Shown here: piece by piece, positions 40,590-50,982 of the stretch
How positions within the stretch are numbered: position 1 is the stretch's first letter
Layout of the letters: each line of letters starts with the position of its first letter
Source: Rhodothermales bacterium
GTDB taxonomy: Bacteria > Bacteroidota > Rhodothermia > Rhodothermales > VXPQ01
Reading direction: 5' to 3'
Assembly (NCBI GenBank): GCA_040904565.1
Contig: JBBDTI010000083.1
Coordinates: 1-64,000, forward strand
DNA length: 64,000 nucleotides
Made by a program: the position numbers and the translations under genes
The notes under the pieces: model-generated
What the model saw: the letters and a program-made list of their open reading frames with translations, nothing else
What the model was told of the DNA's origin: nothing
Databases searched by the model: none

Positions 40590-42251
40590 CTACACGTCTT
40601 CGTCGGACGACGCTTGCGGATACCTGACTTCTTCCACCAAATCCTGCACGCTCGCGGGAGGTGCCGACGTGGCCATCGAGACTCCTACCGTGATGGCGAA
40701 GTTCAGGAGCATGCCAATCACACCGATGCCCTGAGCATTGATCCCCATAAATGAATCGATGACCGGCTCGTCCATGCCGGGAATCACGTTCTGGGCGCGC
40801 ATCAGCGCGATCATGATAAAGGTAAAGGCCAGCCCGATACTCATACCCGCTATCGCACCTTCCTTATTGGCCCGCTTCCAGAAGATGCCGAGCACGATGA
40901 TCGGGAAGAACGACGCGGCGGCGAGACCGAAGGCAAAGGCGACCACCTCGGCCACGAACCCGAGCGGATAGATCCCCAGAAATCCCGCCAGCACGACGGC
41001 GAGAAAGATCATCATCCGCCCAACAAACAGCCTGCGCTTCTCGGTCGCCTCCGGATTGATGACGGATCCATAGATATCGTGTGCCAGGGACGACGAGATC
41101 ACGAGCAGGAGTCCGGATGCGGTAGAGAGTGCCGCCGCGAGACCGCCGGCGGCCACGAGGGCCACGACCACATTCGGAAGGTTGGCAATCTCCGGCGTAG
41201 CCAGGACGATAATGTCCCGGTTGACAGCGGCCAGAAACTGGTCGGCCGTCTGGATACCCCCTTCCGGAATCTGGATGAGTCCGGTCGCCGCCCAGTTCTG
41301 CACCCAGCTTTGATTCACGATGTCCGGGCCCAGCTCCGCGAACTGATTGAGCATGTAATATTTGGCAAACATGGCCACGGCGGGCGCCGTAGTGTACAGA
41401 ATACCGATGAAGAGAAGCGCCCAGAAGGCCGACCAGCGTGCCGCCTTGACACTCTTGACCGTATAGAAACGCACGATGACGTGAGGGAGTCCGGCCGTTC
41501 CGGCCATCAGACACAGCGTGATGCAGAATACGTTCAGCATCGAGAGGTTGGAAAACGGACTGGAATAGGCCGTCAGTCCGAGGTCGCGCTGAATGGCATC
41601 CAGTTTCGGAAGGATCTCCTCGATGGCTATCTGCGGAACGGGATTGCCCGTCAAAACGAGCGCGATCGCGATGGCCGGCACCGTATAGGCGAAGATCAGC
41701 ACGCAGTACTGCGCGACCTGCGTATAGGTGATCCCTTTCATACCTCCCAGCACGGCGAAGAAAGCGACGATGACCATGCCGATCCCGACGCCCATCTCGA
41801 AGGGTATCTCGAGGAAGCGACCGAACGCCACCCCTACGCCGGCCATCTGCCCGGCCACGTACGTGAAAGAGACGAATATCGCGGCCACGGCCGCCACGAC
41901 GCGCGCCGTTTTCGAATAGTAGCGAGCCCCGACGAAATCCGGGACGGTGTACTGGCCGAATTTGCGCAGAAACGGTGCCAGAAGGAGAGCCAGCAGTACG
42001 TATCCTCCCGTCCAGCCCATGAGATACACCACACCGTCGTATCCCATAAACGAGATCAGACCCGCCATAGAGATAAACGACGCCGCACTCATCCAATCAG
42101 CCGCCGTGGCGGCTCCATTCGCGATCGCCGGCACGCCCTGGCCGGCCACGTAGAAGCCTTTGGTTGAGGATACGCGGCTAATGTATCCGATGTAGATGTA
42201 GGCGGCGAAGGTAACGCCGACGATGATCCACGTCCATGCCTGGATACCCAT
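40590..42251 (-). CDS. actP: Cation/acetate symporter (sodium:solute symporter family)
   Basis: ADWMSAASF, GWTGGY, GTAGLPHVIVRFYT, AAALST; preceded by DUF4212 gene. Confidence 0.88.
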   Translation of the reverse strand: MGIQAWTWIIVGVTFAAYIYIGYISRVSSTKGFYVAGQGVPAIANGAATAADWMSAASFISMAGLISFMGYDGVVYLMGWTGGYVLLALLLAPFLRKFGQYTVPDFVGARYYSKTARVVAAVAAIFVSFTYVAGQMAGVGVAFGRFLEIPFEMGVGIGMVIVAFFAVLGGMKGITYTQVAQYCVLIFAYTVPAIAIALVLTGNPVPQIAIEEILPKLDAIQRDLGLTAYSSPFSNLSMLNVFCITLCLMAGTAGLPHVIVRFYTVKSVKAARWSAFWALLFIGILYTTAPAVAMFAKYYMLNQFAELGPDIVNQSWVQNWAATGLIQIPEGGIQTADQFLAAVNRDIIVLATPEIANLPNVVVALVAAGGLAAALSTASGLLLVISSSLAHDIYGSVINPEATEKRRLFVGRMMIFLAVVLAGFLGIYPLGFVAEVVAFAFGLAAASFFPIIVLGIFWKRANKEGAIAGMSIGLAFTFIMIALMRAQNVIPGMDEPVIDSFMGINAQGIGVIGMLLNFAITVGVSMATSAPPASVQDLVEEVRYPQASSDEDV

Positions 42252-42255
42252 CGGC

Positions 42256-42558
42256 TCAGCCCTCCTTCGGCTCAGGGGGAAGGGACATGTCGACGCGGCC
42301 CTCCCGCCGCTCTTCGAGCCCGGCCTGCCGATCCGCCCGCCCGCTAAGTACGGCGTAGATCAGGACCAGCACGATGAACACGAAGATGGATCCCTGCTGC
42401 CCCATCCAGAACCCGAGCGGCATATCGCCGAGATGAATTCGATTAAGCTGCTCGACGAAGAGGATACTGAGTCCCAATCCAACCACCGCCCACACGACGA
42501 GCAACAACGTCGTCCTCCGAAGTTGTCGTCGCCAGTACGTCACCCTATCTATCTGCAT
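42256..42558 (-). CDS. DUF4212 small membrane partner of ActP
   Basis: YWR, PLGFWMGQQGSI motifs. Confidence 0.9.
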   Translation of the reverse strand: MQIDRVTYWRRQLRRTTLLLVVWAVVGLGLSILFVEQLNRIHLGDMPLGFWMGQQGSIFVFIVLVLIYAVLSGRADRQAGLEERREGRVDMSLPPEPKEG

Positions 42559-42600
42559 GACCGCATCGTTCTTTCGCGAGTACCGTTTCGATCCGGCCGT

Positions 42601-42609
42601 AGTATAGCA
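42601..42609 (-). promoter_or_regulatory. Extended -10 promoter candidate for DUF4212-actP
   Basis: Minus strand TGCTATACT, about 43 nt upstream of the ATG. Confidence 0.5.
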
Positions 42610-42704
42610 TCGCGATTGGACTCATGCCACGGGCTTTAGGCCGTCGACGCTCGATTCGGACGAATCTCGCCACGCGGCCACGCCCGAACTCACGCTGACG
42701 CCGG

Positions 42705-44105
42705 TCAGGCGGTCCGTCTATTATGGATAACGGACGAGACGGCGGTAATTATTCCCAGGAGAACGAGAAGCAGAAGATCGAGACGCGCCGGGCCAACCAG
42801 TGACGGTACAAGTCCGACTAGAGAGAGAATGAAGAGGATGAGTCCGACGGCCGTAGCTACAACGACCTCCCTTCCTGGCGCACGTCGACATATGACGCCT
42901 GCGATCACCATGGGTCCCACCAGCGCGGTTCCGTTGAAGCTTACGCGGGCCAGCAGCACGAGTTGGTCGCTGCTCACTACCGAGAATATCAACGCCACCA
43001 GACCGAAACCCAGGATCGCTCGTTTCGTCTGCTTGAGGACGGCGGTCGTTTCGCCGGAAAGCAACGAGCGCAACTCCGTCCCCAGTGCAAATATCTGCGA
43101 GTCCGCCGTCGACATGGCTGCGGTCAGCAATCCGACCACGCAGGCGGCACCGACGATACCGCTCTGTTCGAACAGAAGCACATTTGCAAGAAACTCGCGG
43201 GTCGTCGCCTCCGGATAGCGCACGGCACCGTACATCCCGATCGCCGCAACGGGAATAAGAATGACAATGGCAAAACAACCGATGGACACGGCCATCCGAT
43301 TCAGCTCCTTTCGGTTTCGAATCACGATGAGCCGAGTCGTAAGCTGCGGCTGGGTCGCGGGAAGCAGCAGCACGCCGAAAAATGAGGCAACCAGAAACTG
43401 AACTGTAAAGAGGCCCTGCGGGCCGGGCGTAGAAAGCAGCTGCCGATCGACAGCCTCCGCCGCCGCAAAAAGCTCCCCGACTCCGCCGAACTGCATGATC
43501 GACGAAACGGCTACGATCCAGACCACCAGGAGCAGCGTAAGTCCCTGCAGAATATCGCTATATATGATTGCCCTCAGCCCGCCGATCTCACTATACAGGA
43601 GCATGACGGCAAGAATGCCCGCCGACCAAATCCAGGCGGGAAGGGCCTCCGGGAAAATCGCTTCAAGAAATATCGCCAGGCCGCGAATCTGAATGGCCAC
43701 GTAGGGTATCAGGAACAGGAAGACGCCCCCGAAATACGTGTAGCCGGCCCATTTGTCGTCGTAGAGGGATCCGAGAAGCCCGGCGGTACCGCGAAAACCT
43801 CGTGCACGCGCACGCTTGCGCAGATGATACCCAAACCAGATAATCAGCACGACCTGCGCACCGTCCGAGACGGCCAGGAAGATCCACGCACCTACGCCAT
43901 GCGTCCGAAAGAAATCGGGCATGCCCATCAGCGTAAACGTGCTGAAGAGCGTTGCGGCATACGTAAGGAGCCCAACAAGGGCCCCCAGATTCGACCCCGC
44001 CAGTACGTAGTCATCGGCGGTCTTCGTTCGTTTCCAGGAGACGTACGCGGCGAGACAGAGGAGGGCCGCATAGACCGAGCCGAGAATCCAAAGCCAGGTA
44101 ATCAT
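42705..44105 (-). CDS. Sodium:solute symporter family protein
   Basis: DYVLAG, GGLRAIIYSDILQG, AAMSTADS; start MITWLW with ATGA overlap. Confidence 0.9.
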   Translation of the reverse strand: MITWLWILGSVYAALLCLAAYVSWKRTKTADDYVLAGSNLGALVGLLTYAATLFSTFTLMGMPDFFRTHGVGAWIFLAVSDGAQVVLIIWFGYHLRKRARARGFRGTAGLLGSLYDDKWAGYTYFGGVFLFLIPYVAIQIRGLAIFLEAIFPEALPAWIWSAGILAVMLLYSEIGGLRAIIYSDILQGLTLLLVVWIVAVSSIMQFGGVGELFAAAEAVDRQLLSTPGPQGLFTVQFLVASFFGVLLLPATQPQLTTRLIVIRNRKELNRMAVSIGCFAIVILIPVAAIGMYGAVRYPEATTREFLANVLLFEQSGIVGAACVVGLLTAAMSTADSQIFALGTELRSLLSGETTAVLKQTKRAILGFGLVALIFSVVSSDQLVLLARVSFNGTALVGPMVIAGVICRRAPGREVVVATAVGLILFILSLVGLVPSLVGPARLDLLLLVLLGIITAVSSVIHNRRTA

Positions 44106-44356
44106 GCGCGGGACTCCTCGGACCGGCCCGCGTCTTCCGGATCCTCCGCGTCGGTCGGCGAGAGCTTCGCTGCGAGCGACGCGAGAAACACGAGTGTGAT
44201 GGTAACCACGATGCCGGCCCACATCGTGCGGGGCATGCCGAACAGCCAGGGTTCGATCACGCCGGACGGAATCACCAACGGTGTGAAAGCGATTGCCGAA
44301 ACGAGCGCGGCTGCCGCATACACGAGGTACAATCCTGCCTTACGACACACCGTCAT
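44102..44356 (-). CDS. Small two-TM membrane protein, probable symporter accessory subunit
   Basis: EPWLFGMP motif between two TM helices; ATGA overlaps on both sides. Confidence 0.8.
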   Translation of the reverse strand: MTVCRKAGLYLVYAAAALVSAIAFTPLVIPSGVIEPWLFGMPRTMWAGIVVTITLVFLASLAAKLSPTDAEDPEDAGRSEESRA

Positions 44357-45519
44357 GATTCCGCAGGCGCATCTGTCGATACTATGAGCGGCGGCACGTC
44401 GACCCAGGTTCGTTGATGCGACGCTTCATACCCTAGCTCCGCGAGCTGGACGCCTTTTGCCCCCTCCAGCAGGTTCCACCGGAACGGTTCGTCCGCGGCC
44501 ACGTGACGCAGGAAGAGCTCCCACTGTGCCTTGAACGCATTGGCGGTCGCGTCCCGCTCGGGCAGCAGCATCCAGTCGTCGTAAAACAAATGCTTCCGGT
44601 CGACATCAGGGTTCCAGACGGGCTTCGGCGTAGCCACACCGGGCTGTATCCGGCACTGGCGGAGTCCGGACACGGCCGATCCTTCCGTCCCGTCGACCTG
44701 GATCGTGAGGAGATCATCACGTCGTACGCGGACCGTCCACGACGAATTGAACTGCGCCACCACGCCGTTTTCGAGTCGAAAGATGGCGTACGCGGCATCG
44801 TCGGCCGTCGCCTCGTACGGCTCGTCGGCTTCGTCCCATCGCCGCGTGACGTTCGTCGTAGCGAGGGCTGCCAGCGACGTCACCCGGCCGAACAGATTAT
44901 CCAGCACGTACCTCCAGTGGCAGAACATGTCCAACATGATCCCGCCGCCGTCTTCCGCACGGTAGTTCCACGACGGGCGCTGCGCCGACACGCGATCTCC
45001 GTCGAAAACCCAGTACCCGAAGTCACCACGAACGGATAGTATGCGTCCGAAAAAATTGTAGTCTCGAAGCTCCCGAAGCTTCATGAGTCCGGGAAGCCAC
45101 AGCTTGTCCTGCACCACGCCGTGCTTGACGCCGCGCTCTTCGGCCGCGCGATACAGCTCGACGGCATCGTCCGTCGTAAGGGCAGTGGGCTTCTCGCAGT
45201 AGATGTGCTTTCCTGCCCGGATGGCCTTCCTGACGCTTTCGAAACGTACGTCGGTAACCTGCGCGTCGAAATAGATATCGTAGCGGTCGTCGGACAGAAC
45301 GTCGTCGAGCTGCGTCGTATAGGCTTCGATGCCCGTTTCTTCGGCCAGCCGCTTCAATTTCTCCGCACTGCGCCCCACGAGCACGGGCTCTGGAACAATC
45401 CGCTCATCGCCGACGAGGATGCCTCCCTGCTCGATGATCGGGAGAATGGACCGCTTGAGATGCTGATTCCGGCCCATGCGCCCCGTGACGCCGTTCATGA
45501 TGATGCCTACCTTACGCAT
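44353..45519 (-). CDS. Gfo/Idh/MocA family oxidoreductase
   Basis: GVTGRMG Rossmann loop, CEKP, GGIMLDMFCH. Confidence 0.92.
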   Translation of the reverse strand: MRKVGIIMNGVTGRMGRNQHLKRSILPIIEQGGILVGDERIVPEPVLVGRSAEKLKRLAEETGIEAYTTQLDDVLSDDRYDIYFDAQVTDVRFESVRKAIRAGKHIYCEKPTALTTDDAVELYRAAEERGVKHGVVQDKLWLPGLMKLRELRDYNFFGRILSVRGDFGYWVFDGDRVSAQRPSWNYRAEDGGGIMLDMFCHWRYVLDNLFGRVTSLAALATTNVTRRWDEADEPYEATADDAAYAIFRLENGVVAQFNSSWTVRVRRDDLLTIQVDGTEGSAVSGLRQCRIQPGVATPKPVWNPDVDRKHLFYDDWMLLPERDATANAFKAQWELFLRHVAADEPFRWNLLEGAKGVQLAELGYEASHQRTWVDVPPLIVSTDAPAES

Positions 45520-45961
45520 CGTTTACCCTGGTGTGCTGGGGATGGGCACCATCGGGAAGCGAAGGCACGTCCACACCGGCTCTAGGAAGCGTGCCCGACA
45601 GCTCTTGACGCCAGTGGTCGACGTCTCCGGCCGGCGCGTAGCAATACAACATCCTGAGCGGTACATCGCCCGTGTTCGTGAGCTGATGATACGCATCCGG
45701 GGGAATGAAGACTGCCTGACCTGCTTTCAGGGTTTGCCGCTCGTCACCGATGCACATTTCTCCCGTTCCCTCGATCACGAAGTAGACCTCTTCCTGAGGG
45801 TGGTTATGCCACGGTACCTGGCCGCCGCGCGGTTCGAGGACGGCCACGCCCATACTGAAATGCTCAGCTTCCACTGGAGACGCTCCACCGACCAGGTTCT
45901 TCGTCAATCGTCGGGCCGGGTACGTCCGCCCTTCCATCGTCTCTAAATCGGCTATCGTCAT
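45512..45961 (-). CDS. Cupin domain protein
   Basis: HNHPQEEVYFV...G...IPPDAYHQLTN metal-binding motifs. Confidence 0.9.
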   Translation of the reverse strand: MTIADLETMEGRTYPARRLTKNLVGGASPVEAEHFSMGVAVLEPRGGQVPWHNHPQEEVYFVIEGTGEMCIGDERQTLKAGQAVFIPPDAYHQLTNTGDVPLRMLYCYAPAGDVDHWRQELSGTLPRAGVDVPSLPDGAHPQHTRVNDA

Positions 45962-46006
45962 CCAGACGCTCTATCAGGTTGGAAAATGACTTAGATCAAT
46001 GTTAGA

Positions 46007-46975
46007 TCAGTGCATGAGGCCGAGTCGATCGGCGATATCTCTGAGCACCGCCGCGTCCGACGCCGAACGCCGTTGGCCGTCCGGGTGGGGCGCGTCGCTG
46101 CCGATCCAGCCTCTTACCTTCAGAAACTGGGCGGCGCTGTGCTTATAAGCCGGTACGGGAGGTCTAAATGCAAAAAAGCCGAGGTACTGGAGCACGTCGT
46201 TGATCTCATAAAAGGCGGCATCGCCCGCCTCCCACAACGCGTCCCGACGCGCGAACACGTCCGGCGCGAAGGTGCTCAGGCCCAGCAGATAGTCGCTTCC
46301 ATACATCACCATGTCGATGGCAAGATCGTTGCCGGTATACACCTTGAAATCGGGGCGCCGATCATCCCGCAGCGCAAGCCGCTTCCACTCCAACTCGCGA
46401 TTCAGGGATGAGTGCTTGGCACCGCTGCAGGAAGGAATGTCTAGCAATTGGGCATACGTTTCAAGCTCATAGATCTTGCCGAAAGACGCAAACATCCGGC
46501 CCAGCTCGAACGCGATAAAATCGTCGCACCACTCCCCGATACGCGCATACGCGTCGACGACGGCCTGGGGCGACCGTGAGGTAAGCCCGTACGACTGAAA
46601 GATGATCGGGCGCCCGCCTTCCTGCAGAATCTGATCGACCTGATTGCGGTAGGCGCGTTCATTCCAGGCGTCTCCCGGCTGGTCCGTGACATAGGCGCCC
46701 GCGACGAAATCCGATCCCTGCACGACATCCCGCGTCTCTCGAAGCACCCGCCGGCGCGTCGACTCATCAATGAGATTAACGTAGCCGGTATCCATATTAA
46801 CGGCCGGCGTAAGGCCCGCCTCGTGCGTCCGCCCTACGTGCTCACGCAGGTCATCCCACGCCACGCAGCCTTCGTCATCGAAGGGTAGAAGAATGGCGGA
46901 TATGCCCGTAATGCTGCGCCGCGGGCGGATTCGTAGAGCCGGATGCACTATGTCTTCCACGTCCTCGTCCGCCAT
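46007..46975 (-). CDS. Dihydrodipicolinate synthase-like TIM-barrel aldolase/lyase
   Basis: LLPF, NMDTGY, GAKHSS (candidate Schiff-base Lys), YTGND; start MADED. Confidence 0.8.
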   Translation of the reverse strand: MADEDVEDIVHPALRIRPRRSITGISAILLPFDDEGCVAWDDLREHVGRTHEAGLTPAVNMDTGYVNLIDESTRRRVLRETRDVVQGSDFVAGAYVTDQPGDAWNERAYRNQVDQILQEGGRPIIFQSYGLTSRSPQAVVDAYARIGEWCDDFIAFELGRMFASFGKIYELETYAQLLDIPSCSGAKHSSLNRELEWKRLALRDDRRPDFKVYTGNDLAIDMVMYGSDYLLGLSTFAPDVFARRDALWEAGDAAFYEINDVLQYLGFFAFRPPVPAYKHSAAQFLKVRGWIGSDAPHPDGQRRSASDAAVLRDIADRLGLMH

Positions 46976-46979
46976 CGCG

Positions 46980-47894
46980 CTACGCCTGCAGGGAACGCAG
47001 ATATTCGAGGCTGTTCCCGATGACTTCGATGGGATTCGTGTGCTCGTACTCGATAAAGTACAGTTCCGCACCTACCTCCTCCGCCTTGCGGAGAATGGAA
47101 GGCCAGTCCATCAAGCCCTCCCCTATCGGAACCTGCAGCTCCAGGGGGGCATGACCGGTAAGATCGCCGCCGGTCGTGCCCTGCCTCATATCTTTGATGT
47201 GCAATGAGGGGAAGCGCCCTGGATATCGCTCCATCAGGGCAATAGGATCCTGTCCCGGCCACCGCACCCAGAACACGTCGAGCTGTACGTCTACCACGCC
47301 TGGCTCGGTCTCCTCTATGAACCGGTCGAACAGCGTTCCACCTTCCTCCGCCTCGTGAAATTCATAGCCGTGCGCGTGATAAGCGAACCGGAGTCCTTCG
47401 CTCTGATACGCTTCACCGGCCGCCGTGAAGTCCGCGATGGCGCGGTTCATGTCATCCGACGAGAACGGCTCTTCGTGGGGGATCCACGGCACGACGACCC
47501 AGGGCGAACCGAGCGTCCGGGCTTCTTCCGCGACAGCCTCCGTCTCGCCGACGGCGCGTTCGTAAGACATGTGCATGCTCTGCACGTCGAGTCCCACGTC
47601 GTCGAGGAGGCCGCGGTACTCCGCCGCCGCCATATCGTGAAGGCTGTAGGTCTCTACGATGTCGAACCCGGCGGACTTCACGGCGCGCAGCGTGCCTTCA
47701 AGATCTGCATCCAGTTCGTTTCGGACGCTGTAGAGCTGCACGCCGACGGGTCCGTCGAACGCCGTGGCCTCGCCCGCACCGGCAGCGGACGATTCGACGT
47801 CGCCCGCCTGTTCGCCGCATCCCGCTACCGACAGCGCCGCAGGAACGGCAAGTACGGATCCCAGTCTCGTCAGAAAGTCGCGTCGATTCGTCAT
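46980..47894 (-). CDS. Tat-exported lipoprotein, xylose-isomerase-like TIM barrel (sugar phosphate isomerase/epimerase)
   Basis: NRRDFL Tat motif, VAGC lipobox, [29 protein letters not shown]. Confidence 0.9.
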   Translation of the reverse strand: MTNRRDFLTRLGSVLAVPAALSVAGCGEQAGDVESSAAGAGEATAFDGPVGVQLYSVRNELDADLEGTLRAVKSAGFDIVETYSLHDMAAAEYRGLLDDVGLDVQSMHMSYERAVGETEAVAEEARTLGSPWVVVPWIPHEEPFSSDDMNRAIADFTAAGEAYQSEGLRFAYHAHGYEFHEAEEGGTLFDRFIEETEPGVVDVQLDVFWVRWPGQDPIALMERYPGRFPSLHIKDMRQGTTGGDLTGHAPLELQVPIGEGLMDWPSILRKAEEVGAELYFIEYEHTNPIEVIGNSLEYLRSLQA

Positions 47895-47946
47895 GGCATA
47901 TCCCTCCGGTTCAATGAAGCGTCACAGAGATTGTACGTGGCAAAGA

Positions 47947-48822
47947 CTAGACGTCGCAAAGCTCGACGGCTTCGCGCAGACTGACGAGCGGCGTGCGGGC
48001 CGGAATAAATTCCTGCGCCACGTACCCTTCGAAACCCGTCTCCTTGATGGCTCGCATGATGGCCGGGTAGTTTAGCTCCTGAGACTCGTCGATTTCATTG
48101 CGCCCCGGGTTCCCACCCGTGTGGTAGTGCCCTATGTACTGATGGTTGTCACGAATCGTGCGGATCACGTCGCCCTCCATGATCTGCATGTGGTAGATGT
48201 CGTACAGCAACTTGAACCGGTCCGAACCCACGCGTCGAACGAGTTCGACCCCCCATTCCGTGCGATCGCACATGTAATCCGGATGGTCGACCTTGCTGTT
48301 GAGCAGCTCCATGCACACCGTTACGCCATGCCGTTCCGCCTCGCCTACGATCTGCCGGATCCCGACGGCGCAATTCTCCAGTCCCGTTTCGTCGTCCATC
48401 CCCCGGCGATTTCCCGAGAAACAGATCACGTTGGGAAATCCGGCGTCGGCTACGTGCCGGATAACCTCCTTATACCCGTCCACCATCCGGGCATGGTTCT
48501 CGACGCGGTTAAAGCCGTCCGCGATCGTACTGGGCCCCATCGTCATGGCACAGACGAGTCCATGCTCCTTCAGGGTCGGAAAGTCCTCGACGCCGAGCAG
48601 CTCGACGGACTGCATGCCTATCGAGCTGGCAAAAGCTGCCAGCTGATCGACCGTCAGGTCTCCGTAGCACCACTTACACACCGAATGCTTGATCTGGCCG
48701 GCTCGTCGACGGCGTGCCGACGCGTTACCCGCACCGGCCGCCTTTACGGATCCGGCCACGAGGGACGATCCGGCCGCGGCGATGCCCGACTGCAAAAACT
48801 CTCTGCGTTTCATGCGACTCAC
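47947..48822 (-). CDS. Tat-signal hydroxypyruvate isomerase-like TIM barrel
   Basis: KRREFL Tat motif, [26 protein letters not shown]; start at 48822 or 48813. Confidence 0.88.
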   Translation of the reverse strand: MSRMKRREFLQSGIAAAGSSLVAGSVKAAGAGNASARRRRAGQIKHSVCKWCYGDLTVDQLAAFASSIGMQSVELLGVEDFPTLKEHGLVCAMTMGPSTIADGFNRVENHARMVDGYKEVIRHVADAGFPNVICFSGNRRGMDDETGLENCAVGIRQIVGEAERHGVTVCMELLNSKVDHPDYMCDRTEWGVELVRRVGSDRFKLLYDIYHMQIMEGDVIRTIRDNHQYIGHYHTGGNPGRNEIDESQELNYPAIMRAIKETGFEGYVAQEFIPARTPLVSLREAVELCDV

Positions 48823-50792
48823 CGGTTCTGTCTGTTGTCTACGAGGTCGGCGACGACGCCGGCGTCGGCCAGCGTGGACGTATCGCCGAGATCCTGATGT
48901 TCGTTAGCGGCGATCCTGCGAAGTATACGGCGCATAATCTTGCCGGACCGTGTCTTGGGCAACGAGGGCGCAAACTGGATGAAGTCGGGCTTTGCAATCG
49001 GTCCAATCTCATTGCGGACGTGCTGGACGAGCTCGTCGCGAAGGGCGCCTGTCGCATCGACTCCGGCGACGAGCGTCACGTAACAGTAAATCCCCTGTCC
49101 CTTGATGTCGTGCGGGTAGCCGACGACGGCCGCTTCGGCGACAAGCTCGTGAGAAACGAGAGCGCTCTCAATCTCCGCCGTACCCATGCGATGGCCGGAT
49201 ACGTTGAGCACGTCGTCTACCCGCCCGGTAATCCAGTAATAACCATCGTCGTCCCGGCGGCACCCGTCGCCTGTAAAATAATTCCCTTCGAACTGACTGA
49301 AGTACGTGCGCACGAATCGGTCATGGTCCTTATAGACGGTGCGCATCTGGCCCGGCCAGGAATCCCGTATCACCAGCAGTCCCTCGGCTTCGCCTTCCTG
49401 CATCGTGCCGTTCTGATCCACGACCGCCGGTTGAATGCCGAAGAACGGTAGCGTCGCCGAACCCGGCTTCTGAGCGATGGCACCGGGTAGCGGCGTGATC
49501 ATGATCCCTCCCGTTTCCGTCTGCCACCAGGTATCGACGATCGGGCAACTGCCGCGGCCGATCTTTTCGTGGTACCATTTCCACGCCTCCGGATTGATGG
49601 GTTCGCCGACGGTGCCAAGTACGCGCAGCGAACCGCGGTCCGTCGTATTGACGTAGTCGTCACCTTCGCGCATGAGCGCACGGATGGCCGTCGGCGCCGT
49701 ATAGAAGATCGACACGTTGTGCTTGTCTACGACCTCCCAGAGACGGGAAGCGTCGGGATAGGTGGGCGTGCCTTCGAAGAACACTTGCGTCGCGGCGTTA
49801 ACGAGCGGACCGTAGACCATGTACGAATGGCCCGTGATCCAGCCCACGTCCGCCGTACACCAGAAAATATCGTCTTCGTGATAGTCAAAGACGTACTGAT
49901 GCGTCAGCGACGTAAAAACGAGGTATCCCGCCGTGGTGTGAAGCACCCCCTTCGGCTTGCCGGTGGAGCCGGAGGTGTACAGAATGAAGAGTGGATCTTC
50001 GGCCTTCATTTCTGCCGGCTCACACACGGCGTCGACGTGCTCTCGCAGATCGTGATACCAGGCATCCCGTCCGTCGACCATGTCAACGCCCGATCCCGTG
50101 CGCTCCACGACGACGACGGTATCGACGTCGGGGCAACGCTCGAGCGCCTTGTCGGCGTTCTTCTTCAGCGGGACGTGTTTCCCGGCGCGAACGCCTTCGT
50201 CGGCCGTGACGAGCACGGTCGAATCGCAGTCCAGCATGCGATCGGCGAGGGAATCCGGAGAGAACCCCGCGAACACGACCGAGTGTACGGCGCCGATCCG
50301 CGCGCAGGCCAGCATCGCGTACGCGGCCTCAGGAATCATGGGGAGATAAATCGTAACCCTGTCTCCTTTTTCTACACCCGCGTCCTTCAGGACATTGGCG
50401 AACGTACAAACCTCTTCGTGCAGCTCGGCGTAGGAGATGCGTCTCGACGCCTCTGTCGGGTCATCCGGCTCGAAAATGAATGCCGTTCGGTCGGCGTGCT
50501 GATCGAGGTGCCTGTCAACGCAGTTGTAACAGGCGTTCAGCGTTCCCCCTTCATACCAGCGAACGTGCAGGTCTCGCGTGGCATACGACACGTCTTTCAC
50601 TGTTTCGTACGGCCTGTACCAGTCGATCCGTTCGGCCTGTTCAGCCCAGAATCCTTCCGGATCTTCAACGGATCTACGATACATCTCGTCGTATTCCTCG
50701 CGCGATGAAATCCACGCCCGCTTTTTAAAATACTCGGGGGCGTCATAGACGTCGGCATTTCCGGAATACGCGGCGGTTACTTGGTCAGACAT
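48819..50792 (-). CDS. acs: Acetyl-CoA synthetase
   Basis: [36 protein letters not shown]. Confidence 0.97.
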   Translation of the reverse strand: MSDQVTAAYSGNADVYDAPEYFKKRAWISSREEYDEMYRRSVEDPEGFWAEQAERIDWYRPYETVKDVSYATRDLHVRWYEGGTLNACYNCVDRHLDQHADRTAFIFEPDDPTEASRRISYAELHEEVCTFANVLKDAGVEKGDRVTIYLPMIPEAAYAMLACARIGAVHSVVFAGFSPDSLADRMLDCDSTVLVTADEGVRAGKHVPLKKNADKALERCPDVDTVVVVERTGSGVDMVDGRDAWYHDLREHVDAVCEPAEMKAEDPLFILYTSGSTGKPKGVLHTTAGYLVFTSLTHQYVFDYHEDDIFWCTADVGWITGHSYMVYGPLVNAATQVFFEGTPTYPDASRLWEVVDKHNVSIFYTAPTAIRALMREGDDYVNTTDRGSLRVLGTVGEPINPEAWKWYHEKIGRGSCPIVDTWWQTETGGIMITPLPGAIAQKPGSATLPFFGIQPAVVDQNGTMQEGEAEGLLVIRDSWPGQMRTVYKDHDRFVRTYFSQFEGNYFTGDGCRRDDDGYYWITGRVDDVLNVSGHRMGTAEIESALVSHELVAEAAVVGYPHDIKGQGIYCYVTLVAGVDATGALRDELVQHVRNEIGPIAKPDFIQFAPSLPKTRSGKIMRRILRRIAANEHQDLGDTSTLADAGVVADLVDNRQNR

Positions 50793-50836
50793 TACGTAAA
50801 GCCTCTATTGAGTTGCTAGCGGTTGGTCGGTGCCTG

Positions 50837-50872
50837 CTGTCGGATGCACTGTTGGATGCACTGTCGAATCCA
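50837..50872. repeat. 12-bp direct repeat x3 upstream of acs
   Basis: CTGTCGGATGCA / CTGTTGGATGCA / CTGTCGAATCCA. Confidence 0.8.
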
Positions 50873-50982
50873 CGGAGCCATCGGGCCGCCGAACCGGACA
50901 GCCGGGGGCGCGATACCGCCGGAGACGACGGTTCGCGCGCACGAATCGACATCCAGCACGGCTGTATTACAGCCAGCGAGCA

